Under the pieces are notes generated by a model. That model did no database searches. It was not told the origin of the DNA and was given only the letters and a program-made list of their open reading frames with translations. Made by a program: the position numbers and the translations under genes. Below are positions 9,089 through 18,911 of a stretch of 64,000 nt of DNA, piece by piece. Source of the DNA: Myxococcota bacterium (GTDB taxonomy: Bacteria; Myxococcota_A; UBA9160; UBA6930); NCBI GenBank assembly GCA_965223705.1, contig OZ245015.1:864001-928000 (forward strand), read 5' to 3'. Within the stretch, counting starts at the first letter, position 1, and every line of letters starts with the position of its first letter.

Positions 9089-10867
9089 CTATCTCGCTCC
9101 CGACTTCTGTTGGGCTTTGGCCCAGGTATCGCGCAACGTCACGGCGCGGTTGAACACCGGTTTTTTTTCCGTGCTTTCGAGATCGACGGAGAAGTAGCCG
9201 AGGCGCTCAAACTGAACCGAGGTTCCCGGAGCGTGCTCGATAAGGCTCGGCTCGAGCTTCGCACCGAGCACGACCTCGAGGCTCGCGGGGTTCAAGTCCG
9301 CCAGAAAGTCTCCATCGTGTTCGGCCATCGGGTCTTCCGAACGGAAGAGCACGTCGTACAGTCGAACCTCTGCGTCGATCGCCGCCGCTTCAGAAACCCA
9401 GTGCAAGGTGCCTCGGACCTTGCGTCCGTCCGGTGCATCGCCGCCCCGCGTCGCAGGGTCGTATGTACAGCGAAGTTCTTTGATCTCGCCGTCTGGATCC
9501 TTGATCACTTCACGGCACGTGATGAAGTAGGCGTAGCGCAACCGAACCTCTCGCCCCGGCGCGAGACGAAAGAACTTCTTGGGGGGGTCTTCGAGGAAAT
9601 CATCGCGCTCGATCCAAAGCGTTTTCGAAAACGGCACCGTCCGGCTGCCCTGGCTCGGGTCTTCGGGGTTGTTGATCGCCTCGAGTTCCTCGATCTGGCC
9701 ATCCGGGTAGTTCTCGATGACCACGCGAAGAGGCTTCAACACCGCCATCGCGCGCGCAGCGCGTCGGTTCAGATCCTCTCGAAGACTGAACTCCAAGCGA
9801 GCGAGCTGAATCGTATTGTCGCGTCGTGCGACGCCGACACCCTCGCAAAAACTTCGGATCGATTCGGGGGTGAACCCCCGTCGCCGCAATCCCGAGAGTG
9901 TCGGCATACGCGGGTCGTCCCAACCCGCGACGTGACCGCCTTCGACGAGCTGACGAAGTACGCGCTTGCTCATCACGGTGTGACTCAAATTGAGACGCGC
10001 GAACTCGGTCTGTTGCGGCGGCGTCGGAATCTCGAGCTGCGCGAGGATCCAGTCGTAGAGCGGCCGGTGATCGGCGAACTCGAGCGTGCAGAGCGAGTGG
10101 GTTACGCCTTCGAGAGCATCGGTCAGGCAGTGAGCAAAATCGTAGAGGGGGTAGATCGGCCAGTCGGTTCCAGTGCGGTGGTGCGGATCGCCGACGATGC
10201 GGTAGAGGATTGGATCACGCATGGGCAAGACCGACGAGCCCATGTCGATCCTGGCGCGTAGGACCCGGGTGCCGGGCTCGAACTCGCCGTCGCGCATGCG
10301 GCCGAACAAGTCGAGATTCTCCTCGATGCTCCGGGTGCGGAACGGACTCTCGGTTCCGGGTTCTGTCAGGGTTCCGCGGCGAGCAAAAATCTCGTCGGAC
10401 GAGAGGTCGCAGACGAAGGCTTTGCCGCGCTCGATCAGCTGCCGCGCGAAAGCGTAGAGCTCCTCAAAGCGATCGGACGAGAAGTAGAGGTGCTCGCCCC
10501 AATCGAAACCCAGCCAGCGGACGTCCTGCTGGATCGCCTCGACGTATTCGGTGTCTTCGGTGGAAGGGTTCGTATCATCGAATCGAAGATGGCAACGCCC
10601 GCCGAACTCCTCGGCGATTCCGAAGTTCAGACAGATCGATTTCGCGTGGCCAATATGGAGATGCCCGTTGGGCTCGGGTGGAAAGCGCGTGATGACAGGC
10701 GGCTCGCGCTTTCCCGACCGGAGGTCCTCCTCGACGAGTTTGCGGATGAAGTGGGCGCCGCCCGACGCTTCCTCACCCTCGGCTCGCGATCGCTCGTTCA
10801 ACGGTGCTCCTTCTCGCCGGGTTGCGGCGCGGCGCGAAAGTGTAGGGATCCTTGCGGGTTCGGCCAC
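9089..10867 (-). CDS. glnS: Glutamine--tRNA ligase
   Basis: [47 protein letters not shown] upstream of GTG. Confidence 0.97.
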   Translation of the reverse strand: MAEPARIPTLSRRAATRREGAPLNERSRAEGEEASGGAHFIRKLVEEDLRSGKREPPVITRFPPEPNGHLHIGHAKSICLNFGIAEEFGGRCHLRFDDTNPSTEDTEYVEAIQQDVRWLGFDWGEHLYFSSDRFEELYAFARQLIERGKAFVCDLSSDEIFARRGTLTEPGTESPFRTRSIEENLDLFGRMRDGEFEPGTRVLRARIDMGSSVLPMRDPILYRIVGDPHHRTGTDWPIYPLYDFAHCLTDALEGVTHSLCTLEFADHRPLYDWILAQLEIPTPPQQTEFARLNLSHTVMSKRVLRQLVEGGHVAGWDDPRMPTLSGLRRRGFTPESIRSFCEGVGVARRDNTIQLARLEFSLREDLNRRAARAMAVLKPLRVVIENYPDGQIEELEAINNPEDPSQGSRTVPFSKTLWIERDDFLEDPPKKFFRLAPGREVRLRYAYFITCREVIKDPDGEIKELRCTYDPATRGGDAPDGRKVRGTLHWVSEAAAIDAEVRLYDVLFRSEDPMAEHDGDFLADLNPASLEVVLGAKLEPSLIEHAPGTSVQFERLGYFSVDLESTEKKPVFNRAVTLRDTWAKAQQKSGAR

Positions 10868-10943
10868 TTTGGCCTCACCTCCTGCAGCTTCGCGCGAGGT
10901 CTTCTAGCATCCCGGTTCACTTCTTTTCGGTCCGGGGGACGCC

Positions 10944-12710
10944 TTGCTGAACAAGCTCTTCATCGGGTTCGTCTTAACGATTGCCTGGTTCGCGGCGAGC
11001 GGAATGCACGCCGCGACGACCGGCGAGGGCGGCGAACTCTCCGCCGAAGTATTGAACCCCGAGCTGCCGTCGTTGTGGCCCGCCGAGAAGCCCGTCGGGG
11101 GTGCGCAGGGGGTGACGGGGGCGATGCTTTCAGCACCGTTCGAGGAGCTCTCGCGCTGGCTCCACTACGGAGGGGACTACCGCAACCACCGCCACAGCCC
11201 CTCGAAGCTCGCGCCCGTGGACGCGAAGGCGCTAGGCGTCGCCTGGGCTTTCGGGACGGGCACGCGGGGGCAGTTCGAAGCATCGCCCATCGTCTACGGC
11301 GGCGTGATGTATGTAACCTCGTCCTACAACCGGGTTTTCGCGCTCGACGCCGAGACGGGCGAGATGCTCTGGCGCTACGACCACACGCTCCCCGACGATC
11401 TTCGGCTGTGTTGCGGCCCGCCCAATCGGGGCCCGGCGATTCACGGCGATACGCTTCTCATGTCGACACTCGACGCGAAGCTCGTCGCCCTGAACCGCCG
11501 CACCGGCGAGCGCTTGTGGGAGGTGACACTCGCGAATTATCAAGACGGAATGAGCCTGACAGCGGCTCCGCTGGTCGTCGGGGAGCTCGCCGTGATCGGA
11601 ATCGCCGGCGGTGAATTCGGCGCTCGAGGTTTTTTCGACGCGTATCGGATCTCCGACGGCGAGCGCGTGTGGAGGCACTACACGGTTCCGGGGAAGCCCG
11701 ATGACCCCGGTGCATCGACGTGGGCCGGCAATTCGTACGAAACCGGCGGAGCACCGGCGTGGACCACCGGCGCCTACGATGCGGAAGCGGACGTCCTCTA
11801 CTGGACCACGGGGAATCCGTCCCCGGATTGGAATGGCGATCTTCGGGCGGGTGACAATCTCTACTCGAACTCGGTCCTCGCGGTCGAGCCAGCCACCGGC
11901 GAACTCAAGTGGCATTTCCAGTTCACACCACACGACGTGTGGGACTACGACGGAAACACGCAGATTTTTCTGGTGGACACGGAATGGGAGGGCGCGCCGA
12001 GAAAGCTACTCGTGCAGGCCAACCGCAACGGTTTCTTCTACGTACTCGATCGGGAGAACGGCGCGTTTCTTCGTGCCACGCAGTACGTCGAGCAGCTGAA
12101 CTGGGCGACCATCGGTCCCGACGGTAGACCGGTCGTAAACCCGAAAGCGCTACCCGTTGAGAAGCCCACGGAACGCGTCTGCCCGAGCAACCTGGGCGGT
12201 ATGAACGGAGCCTGGACGGGAGCCTTCAACCCGGCGCTGGGGCTCGCCTATATCCCGTCGATCGAGGCCTGCCAGCGCTACTCCAAGGGCATCATCACGT
12301 TTATCAAAGGCGCGCCTTTCATGGCGGGGTTGCCCGAGACGCTCGACGCGAACGAGGGCAAAGCGTACGGACACTTGTCTGCCGTCGATGTCGCGACCGG
12401 GGAGATCCGCTGGCGCTACCGAGACCCGCTGCCCATGATGGGCGGCGTGGTCAGCACGGCCGGAGGGGTCATCTTCACCGGGACGCTCGACGGACAAGCT
12501 CTGGCGCTCGACGCTGCGAGCGGCGAGGAGCTGTGGCGCTTCCGGATGGGCGGGGGCATGCGCAGCCAGCCCATCGTCTACGAGCTGGGTGGCCGAACTT
12601 TCGTCGCCGTGGCATCCGGGAGCTTCACGGCGCTCGACGTCTTCGGCGCGGGACTCGATCGCGTTCCCGAAGGCGGACACCTCTTCGTGTTCGCGACGCC
12701 CGAGCGCTAG
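10944..12710 (+). CDS. PQQ-dependent alcohol dehydrogenase (methanol/ethanol family), possibly lanthanide-type
   Basis: Signal peptide, vicinal CC (LCCGPPNRG), GGEFG, GNPSP, HDVWDYDG, QANRNGFFYVLDR, Trp-docking repeats. Confidence 0.92.
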   Translation: MLNKLFIGFVLTIAWFAASGMHAATTGEGGELSAEVLNPELPSLWPAEKPVGGAQGVTGAMLSAPFEELSRWLHYGGDYRNHRHSPSKLAPVDAKALGVAWAFGTGTRGQFEASPIVYGGVMYVTSSYNRVFALDAETGEMLWRYDHTLPDDLRLCCGPPNRGPAIHGDTLLMSTLDAKLVALNRRTGERLWEVTLANYQDGMSLTAAPLVVGELAVIGIAGGEFGARGFFDAYRISDGERVWRHYTVPGKPDDPGASTWAGNSYETGGAPAWTTGAYDAEADVLYWTTGNPSPDWNGDLRAGDNLYSNSVLAVEPATGELKWHFQFTPHDVWDYDGNTQIFLVDTEWEGAPRKLLVQANRNGFFYVLDRENGAFLRATQYVEQLNWATIGPDGRPVVNPKALPVEKPTERVCPSNLGGMNGAWTGAFNPALGLAYIPSIEACQRYSKGIITFIKGAPFMAGLPETLDANEGKAYGHLSAVDVATGEIRWRYRDPLPMMGGVVSTAGGVIFTGTLDGQALALDAASGEELWRFRMGGGMRSQPIVYELGGRTFVAVASGSFTALDVFGAGLDRVPEGGHLFVFATPER

Positions 12711-12711
12711 C

Positions 12712-13092
12712 GTGCTGATTCGTTTCGCGACACTTGCCGCTCTTGCGGCGCTGCTCGGTTGCGCTTCGGACGGAGGCGGCACCACGCCGGAAGAAGCCGC
12801 CCCGAAAGAGCTCTGGCAGACCTACGACGCGGCTCGGGGAGAGATCCTCTTCCGGAGCATTTGCGGGGGCTACTGTCACGGCATCGCCGAGGGAAAGCGC
12901 GACGCTCCGTTTCTTTTCGATTGCCCGTGGCAGCACGGCGGATCAGACCAGGAGATCTTTGCGGTCATCTCGAATGGCGTGCCTGGCACCCGCATGGTCG
13001 CTTTCGGAGGCAAGCTCCCGGAGGGCGACACCGACATCTGGAACATCGTCGCTTATCTGCGGAAAGCATCGCAGTGCAAGGCCGCGCCGTGA
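12712..13092 (+). CDS. Small c-type cytochrome lipoprotein, likely electron acceptor of the PQQ dehydrogenase
   Basis: GTG at 12712, lipobox LLGC, CGGYCH motif, W.HGGSD..IF..I.NGVPGT.M (axial Met). Confidence 0.8.
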   Translation: MLIRFATLAALAALLGCASDGGGTTPEEAAPKELWQTYDAARGEILFRSICGGYCHGIAEGKRDAPFLFDCPWQHGGSDQEIFAVISNGVPGTRMVAFGGKLPEGDTDIWNIVAYLRKASQCKAAP

Positions 13093-13892
13093 GCCCCCGA
13101 GGACGTTTCGACGGCCGCGTCGCCGTCATCACCGCGGCCGGCGCGGGCATCGGCGCGGCGACGGCGCAGCTCCTCGCGAACGAAGGCGCCCGGGTCGTCG
13201 TTTCCGATCTCTCGAACACGCGGGCCGAAGAAGTTGCCGGTCGGCTCAGCGAAGCCGGTTGTGAGGCGCGGGTCGCGAAAGTCGATGTGAGTGCACCCGA
13301 TCAGGTGAAGGACTTGCTCGAGGATACGCTCCGAGCGTGGGATCGACTCGACGTCCTGATCAACAACGCCGGCTTGGGAATTCCGAAAGCCCTGCACGAG
13401 CAAAGCCTCGAAGAATGGCAGCGAACACTCGATGTGACGCTCGGCGGAACCTTCTACGGGCTCAAATGGGGCATCCCGATCATGCGGGCCCAAGGAGGCG
13501 GCGCGATCGTCAATACCGCGTCCATTTGTGGGCTTGTCGGCGACTACAACATGGGCCCGTACAACGCCGCGAAAGCCGGCGTCGTCAACCTGACGCGAGC
13601 TGCGGCGCTCGAAAACGCGAGTCACGGCATCCGTGTCAACTGCGTCTGCCCGGGAGTGGTGCAGACCCGTGTCGCGACACTCATGGCTCCGGGCCGAGAA
13701 GACGAATTCCTCCGCGCCCAGGGACCGCTGCATCCGCTACAGCGCGTCGCGCAGCCCGAAGAAGTCGCTCGGGTGATTCTGTTCCTCGCGAGTGACGAAG
13801 CGTCGTTCGTGACGGGTGCCGCCTACACCGTCGACGGTGGGATCACCGCTCACACCGGCTTGTCCGATCTCGCCTTGGCGGGCACAACCTGA
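13089..13892 (+). CDS. Short-chain dehydrogenase/reductase
   Basis: TAAGAGIG, NNAG, YNAAK, IRVNCVCPG; GTG overlaps the upstream stop. Confidence 0.93.
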   Translation: MSPRGRFDGRVAVITAAGAGIGAATAQLLANEGARVVVSDLSNTRAEEVAGRLSEAGCEARVAKVDVSAPDQVKDLLEDTLRAWDRLDVLINNAGLGIPKALHEQSLEEWQRTLDVTLGGTFYGLKWGIPIMRAQGGGAIVNTASICGLVGDYNMGPYNAAKAGVVNLTRAAALENASHGIRVNCVCPGVVQTRVATLMAPGREDEFLRAQGPLHPLQRVAQPEEVARVILFLASDEASFVTGAAYTVDGGITAHTGLSDLALAGTT

Positions 13893-13894
13893 GC

Positions 13895-14713
13895 CTAGTC
13901 GGTGAGCTGTGCGCGCAGCGCATCATCGACGTCCGTGAGCTCGAGCCGGTAGTGGCGCCGAAGGCTCCGCGGAACCTGTCGGCTCCGGAGACAATCCGCG
14001 AGAAACGCGGCGAAGCGACGTTCTCCGAACCGGCGCATCAAGTGGTCCACCGCCGCGTAGGACGTCAAGTAAGCGGCTCCGGCACCACCTGCACCCAGGC
14101 TGGAGAAGGACTGCGCGCCGAGCTGGTGGAGACTCGGGAGCCGCCCCGCTCTTGCGACTCGGGCGAGATAGCTCCACTCGGCGCCCGACAAACCGCGCTT
14201 GCCGAGGGACCGATGAGCGAACCATTCGGCCAGACCCTCGTTCAACCAGCCTGGGACCGAGAAGGAAGCAGGCGCGGCTTGGTCCAATGCAGCGTGGACG
14301 AACTCATGATGGAGCACGTGGAGCAGGGCAGCGTCGATGCGCGTACCGCCCCGGACGCAAATCACCCCCCGAAAAAAACCAGCCGCCTGAAAGCGGAAGA
14401 GGCTCGAGAACTCGGCGTCGAAACGTTGTGGATCGTATACGTACACCGAGATCGGGCGTTGGGGTCGGACGCCAAACCGTGCGCCGAAGGCATCGTAGGC
14501 CGACTCCAGACCGTCGAGCACGCCGAGCTCGAATCGTCGGGTGCCGCGGTGGCCGGAATAGTTGTCGATCGCGACGTCTTGACGCAAGACGAAGTGACGC
14601 GATCTCCGCTCGGAAAACTCCCCGTCGGCGCCTCGGTTGCGAGCTTCCGCGGGGAGCGCCAGAGTGAGAAGCGCGAGCAGGACGGCTAGTCGGGTAGGCG
14701 CACCCCGTCTGAT
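13895..14713 (-). CDS. Secreted zinc metallopeptidase (peptidase MA-like); start probably non-canonical ATC
   Basis: HHEFVH and WLNEGLAE motifs; signal peptide ending PAEA; GGAGGAGG 6 nt upstream of ATC. Confidence 0.75.
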   Translation of the reverse strand: MRRGAPTRLAVLLALLTLALPAEARNRGADGEFSERRSRHFVLRQDVAIDNYSGHRGTRRFELGVLDGLESAYDAFGARFGVRPQRPISVYVYDPQRFDAEFSSLFRFQAAGFFRGVICVRGGTRIDAALLHVLHHEFVHAALDQAAPASFSVPGWLNEGLAEWFAHRSLGKRGLSGAEWSYLARVARAGRLPSLHQLGAQSFSSLGAGGAGAAYLTSYAAVDHLMRRFGERRFAAFLADCLRSRQVPRSLRRHYRLELTDVDDALRAQLTD

Positions 14714-17379
14714 GGGTCGCCTCCTCCGGCTCCCGGGGTCGCGGCCGAGGAGACGCCGGACAGGGCTCCTGTCACGAAGTTCAGCCCGCTGATGTCGCTG
14801 CTCCCGACGACGATGTCGGAAGCGAGTCCCTGAGTCGGATAAGCGCCACACGCTTCGCCAGGGTCGCAAATGAAACTGTCGTTGTCCGCATCGGTTCCGG
14901 CCACGATCTGGTAGGAGCCTGGAGCGACACCCGTGAACGTAAAGGGGTAGGCGCCCGCGTTCGCCGACATGGACTGGACCGCCACGACTCGACGGGTCGC
15001 GACTTCGATCAGGAGGACGTAGTGGAAGCCGGCATCTCCCGCGGAGGAGAGCGTACTCCCAACCTGCATGATGACGGGGATCTCGACCGTGTTTGCGGCG
15101 ACGCTTGCAATCGTGATGGTACCGGTGTAGATGCCGTCGCCAGCAGCGAGGTTCCGGTCGACGGTCACGGTGTAGGTCCCCAGTCCAGTGGCGTCGACGC
15201 TTTGTGGGGTCACGGCCAGCCAGTTGCCGCCGTCGTCGGTCATCGTTGCCGTTGAAGCGATCTGGAGACTGCCGCCGCCACCGTTGCTCACGGCGAGGTT
15301 CGTGGTGGTCGTGGCCACGCCGAAGTTGAGGGCCCCGGGACTTGCGACCAAGCTCGGTTGGGCCACCGGAGGCGGCGCGCCCGGATCGAGGTTGGCCGCC
15401 GCTACGACCGCTTGGTAGGCGTCGATCACACCGTGGCCGAAGAAGTCGTCGCGTCCGGGGACACCGAAGTCGCGCGTGATGCCTCCCGACGTCAACAAGG
15501 TGTCGAAGTCATCCGGAGAGACCATTGGATTGACGGAGCGCATCAGCGCAGCGACGCCCGCGACGTGAGGTGCCGCCATCGAGGTGCCCTGAAGAAACCC
15601 ATACCCCGCGACGATCGGCCCCCCGGCGTCGCTCGCCAGGGACGACAGCACGCCGTCCGGTGCGCCGTCCCCATTCAGGTCCGTAGCGAAGTCGCCGCCG
15701 GGGGCCGAAACGTCGATGGTCCCACCGTAGTTCGAGTAGGGCGCCACGGAGTTCGCCAAGGTCACGGCGCTGACGCTCACGACGCCCGCCATCGCGGCGG
15801 GGTAGAAGGGAGTGTTCGTCGAAGAGTTCCCGGCTGCAGCGATGACAATCACGCCCGCGGCACGCGCCGCCGTGACGGCGTCTTGCAGGCCTTGGGAGAA
15901 GCCCGGCCCGCCGAGACTCATGTTGATGACGTCCGCGGGCGTCGGCGGGACCGTCCCCGAATCGTTCGGGAGGCCGGCTGCGTACCGGATCCCTTGGATC
16001 AAGTCGTAGTCGGTCCCGCCACCGAAGCCCAGAACCCGGATCGGCATCACGGAAGCGTTCCAAGCGACACCCGCTACACCTTCGTTGTTGCCGGTCTGCG
16101 CGGCGATGGTTCCGGCGACGTGTGTGCCGTGGAAGGAGCTGCCGCCGGGCCCGAGGTCACCGGGATCTTCGGGGTCGGGGTCGATACCGTTTCCGTCGAG
16201 GGCGGTGGCCGCGCTCGAGATGAAGTCATAACCCGGAGCGATCATGTTCATGAGGTCCGGATGGTTCGACACGATTCCCGTGTCGAGGACCGCGACGATG
16301 ACGCCGCTCGCGGGCGGAATCTCGTCCCAGGCCTGGGGGACCGCGATTTGCGGGTAGTGCCACTGGCGATCGAAGAGGGGATCGTTCGGGGTGAGACTCG
16401 GTGCTCGGATGTAGTTCAAGTCCGTTGCCATCACGTCGGGCCGCCGGGCGAGAATCTTCGCCAACCGCTCCGTATCCCAAGCGGCCTGTACCTCGGTCTC
16501 CACTTCGCGGGAATCGAGGTCACAGGGAATGAGGTGGCCCATTCCGAGCGCTCTGAAGCTCTGGGTGCGCGCACGCACGTCGCCGGCTCGCACCAACATC
16601 TCGCGTCGCGGTTCGCCCGCGGCGACATCGAGGGACGCCGCCTGCATATCGTCCTGGACGTCGTCACTGCGGAGCGCGATGCCGGGTTCACGGCGCATCC
16701 GTACGATGACTTCGCCCGGTACGTAGAGGGGCGAAGGAGCGGCCACGCTGCTCGAAGTTGCTTGCGACAACACCAGGGTGTAGTTCGAAGCGCCGGCGAG
16801 CGCGGTAACGGCGATCAGATATTCGTCGGCGGCGGGGACGACCAAGGATTCGAACGGCGTCGCCGACGCCGAAAACGCGACGATCGTCGTTCCCGTCGCG
16901 TCGTAAAGAGCGAGATCGAGATCGTCCGTCACGCCGTCCCCGGCGATGAACAACGACACCATCTGATTCGCACCGAGCGAAACCCGGTAGAGATCCTGTG
17001 GATCTCCCGCACCGAAGGAACGGCCCGGAGGCCCCATATTGGGCAAGTTCACGTAACCCGTGAGAGAAGCCGGGTTCGTGATCTCTTGCGCTGTCGCCGC
17101 CGTGTTGTTGTCGTCCGAGGGCGCCGTGAAGTTATTCGTATCGCGGTCGGCAGCCGAACTCTGAGAAGCGACGACCGTCCCGGAAACCGAGAAGGACGCT
17201 GAGGCGGAGGTGGCGCTCGCCGCTTCGCCACCTCCGCCCGAGCCTCCTCCGCCACCGCCCCCACAGGCGACTAGGAGGAGAACCGCAAGCAAGCATCCGA
17301 GGATCCGGGTGCCGGCCGCCACGCGAGCCGGAGAAGTCCGGTTCGTACCGACCGCACCCTTCGAAATCACCACGCGCAC
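14686..17379 (-). CDS. Subtilisin-like S8 serine protease lipoprotein with PPC-like and beta-rich accessory domains
   Basis: Lipobox LVAC plus Gly linker; catalytic VLDTG, HGTHVAG, AAAGN, GTSMAAPHV. Confidence 0.93.
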   Translation of the reverse strand: MRVVISKGAVGTNRTSPARVAAGTRILGCLLAVLLLVACGGGGGGGSGGGGEAASATSASASFSVSGTVVASQSSAADRDTNNFTAPSDDNNTAATAQEITNPASLTGYVNLPNMGPPGRSFGAGDPQDLYRVSLGANQMVSLFIAGDGVTDDLDLALYDATGTTIVAFSASATPFESLVVPAADEYLIAVTALAGASNYTLVLSQATSSSVAAPSPLYVPGEVIVRMRREPGIALRSDDVQDDMQAASLDVAAGEPRREMLVRAGDVRARTQSFRALGMGHLIPCDLDSREVETEVQAAWDTERLAKILARRPDVMATDLNYIRAPSLTPNDPLFDRQWHYPQIAVPQAWDEIPPASGVIVAVLDTGIVSNHPDLMNMIAPGYDFISSAATALDGNGIDPDPEDPGDLGPGGSSFHGTHVAGTIAAQTGNNEGVAGVAWNASVMPIRVLGFGGGTDYDLIQGIRYAAGLPNDSGTVPPTPADVINMSLGGPGFSQGLQDAVTAARAAGVIVIAAAGNSSTNTPFYPAAMAGVVSVSAVTLANSVAPYSNYGGTIDVSAPGGDFATDLNGDGAPDGVLSSLASDAGGPIVAGYGFLQGTSMAAPHVAGVAALMRSVNPMVSPDDFDTLLTSGGITRDFGVPGRDDFFGHGVIDAYQAVVAAANLDPGAPPPVAQPSLVASPGALNFGVATTTTNLAVSNGGGGSLQIASTATMTDDGGNWLAVTPQSVDATGLGTYTVTVDRNLAAGDGIYTGTITIASVAANTVEIPVIMQVGSTLSSAGDAGFHYVLLIEVATRRVVAVQSMSANAGAYPFTFTGVAPGSYQIVAGTDADNDSFICDPGEACGAYPTQGLASDIVVGSSDISGLNFVTGALSGVSSAATPGAGGGDPSDGVRLPD

Positions 17380-17385
17380 GGGTTC

Positions 17386-18891
17386 CTAGACGGTGTTCCG
17401 AATCGGGGCGAACGAGATCAGACTGTCCAAATTCGCGCCGAGTCCGTGGGTGGGAAACAGCGTCGCGAACTCGCCCGTCCGATTCTGAAGCGCCAAGTAG
17501 TTCAGAACAATCGTCTCAGCCAAAAGGTCGACGTTGTTGGACGCCGGGGTTGCGCCGGTTTCGACGGACCCGTTCATTCGGTAGTGGCCAATCTGCTGCT
17601 GACCGGGAGCCGTTAGCTGCGGCCGACCCGCCGGGTCGTGAACGAAGAAGAACACGCCCGACGTTCCGGCGTTGTCGCCGCGCCAGGTGAACTTGCCTCG
17701 ACCCGCCTGACTGTTGTCGACCTCACCGTCTGAGAACACGGAACCGTCGGTGAAGACGTAGAGCATCAACTGCTGATTCAGGCGCGCCGCGTACTCGAGC
17801 ACGGCGCCCATCGCTTGACCGGCCTCGAAGTCGCGGATTTCGCCGGTCGCCCGGGTTCCGTTGTGGTAGTCGTAACCGCCGAATTGAATTGTACCCGCGC
17901 CAGCAAAGTCGCCGACCACGAGCTTCATCACCGAGGCTGTGCTCTCGAACTTGTTGTTATTGAGCTCAGCAGCAGTGAAGATGCTGTTGGCATCCCCGAC
18001 GATATTGAGATCCGCTAGCGGGTCGAGCAACGTCGGATTGCCGAAATTCGCGACCACGTCGGTCGTCTCGGTGTAGTTGCAGCCGATCAGATCGAGCAAC
18101 ATCTGCTCTTCCGTCATTTTCGACGTCTTCAGCGCCGAGATGGCTTCCGCCGCGCCCATCACGGCAGCCGCGTCGGCTTGGTCGAGCAGCTCGATCAGCT
18201 TCCCGGTGTCGACCAGCGCCGTCGCGTCGCTCGGACGATCGACTTTCGTCGGCCGCACCGCAGGATCGATCATCGACATCGGCGCACGGGAGCGCCCGCC
18301 GGATTCGCTGTTTTCCGTTCCGATCAAGGGAACGAGGCTGCCTCCCGCGCCGGCTCGATTGATGCCGTACATCGGGTTGTGCGGGTTGTTTCCCGTGTCG
18401 TTGTCCGATCTCGCGGCGATCAACGCGCCGTTCGTGTTGGCCAGCGTCGCCGGACTCGCCTTGTCCATGATGCCCAACAAGAACGGGCTATCGATGTGGA
18501 ACGGTAGTCCCAACGTTGTGCTGTCGATCTGGCCCGCGAGGTTCGGAGTTTGATCCGGTGGGAGACCCTGCAGCTGGTAACCGTCGACGCTCAGGAAATC
18601 CGTGGCACCTCCCATGCCGCCGCCGATGACGTTGGAGCCGACCATGTTGGCCCCACCACCGAGGTCGAAGCAGATGAACGGGATGTTGCCGTTGCCCACG
18701 CCGGACACGTTGCACTGAGCCGCCTGCGCCCGCGCCGCACGACCCTTGAAAAGGCCCAACAGGGAAGGCGAGGCGATCATGGCGGCACCCGACAGGAAGC
18801 CTTGCCCGAGAAATTCCCGGCGCGTTCGGGGCTTCGGATGATTTTCCAGCCGCAGGGGCGCGTTCGAATCGAGAAGCGGTTTTTTCGTCAT
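17386..18891 (-). CDS. Tat-exported protein, DUF1501-like
   Basis: Twin-arginine signal TRREFL...ARA; CFDLGGGAN, GGYDYH, VFTDG motifs recall DUF1501/DUF1552 proteins. Confidence 0.7.
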   Translation of the reverse strand: MTKKPLLDSNAPLRLENHPKPRTRREFLGQGFLSGAAMIASPSLLGLFKGRAARAQAAQCNVSGVGNGNIPFICFDLGGGANMVGSNVIGGGMGGATDFLSVDGYQLQGLPPDQTPNLAGQIDSTTLGLPFHIDSPFLLGIMDKASPATLANTNGALIAARSDNDTGNNPHNPMYGINRAGAGGSLVPLIGTENSESGGRSRAPMSMIDPAVRPTKVDRPSDATALVDTGKLIELLDQADAAAVMGAAEAISALKTSKMTEEQMLLDLIGCNYTETTDVVANFGNPTLLDPLADLNIVGDANSIFTAAELNNNKFESTASVMKLVVGDFAGAGTIQFGGYDYHNGTRATGEIRDFEAGQAMGAVLEYAARLNQQLMLYVFTDGSVFSDGEVDNSQAGRGKFTWRGDNAGTSGVFFFVHDPAGRPQLTAPGQQQIGHYRMNGSVETGATPASNNVDLLAETIVLNYLALQNRTGEFATLFPTHGLGANLDSLISFAPIRNTV

Positions 18892-18911
18892 GTTGAGTCC
18901 CCTTACTCCAG

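Noticed and set aside
15358..17202. Long antisense ORFs (614 aa here; also 19602-21008, 29845-31194, 32191-33633, 48319-50001, 50906-52258)
   Set aside because: Shadow ORFs expected in high-GC DNA, overlapping well-supported genes and lacking motifs.
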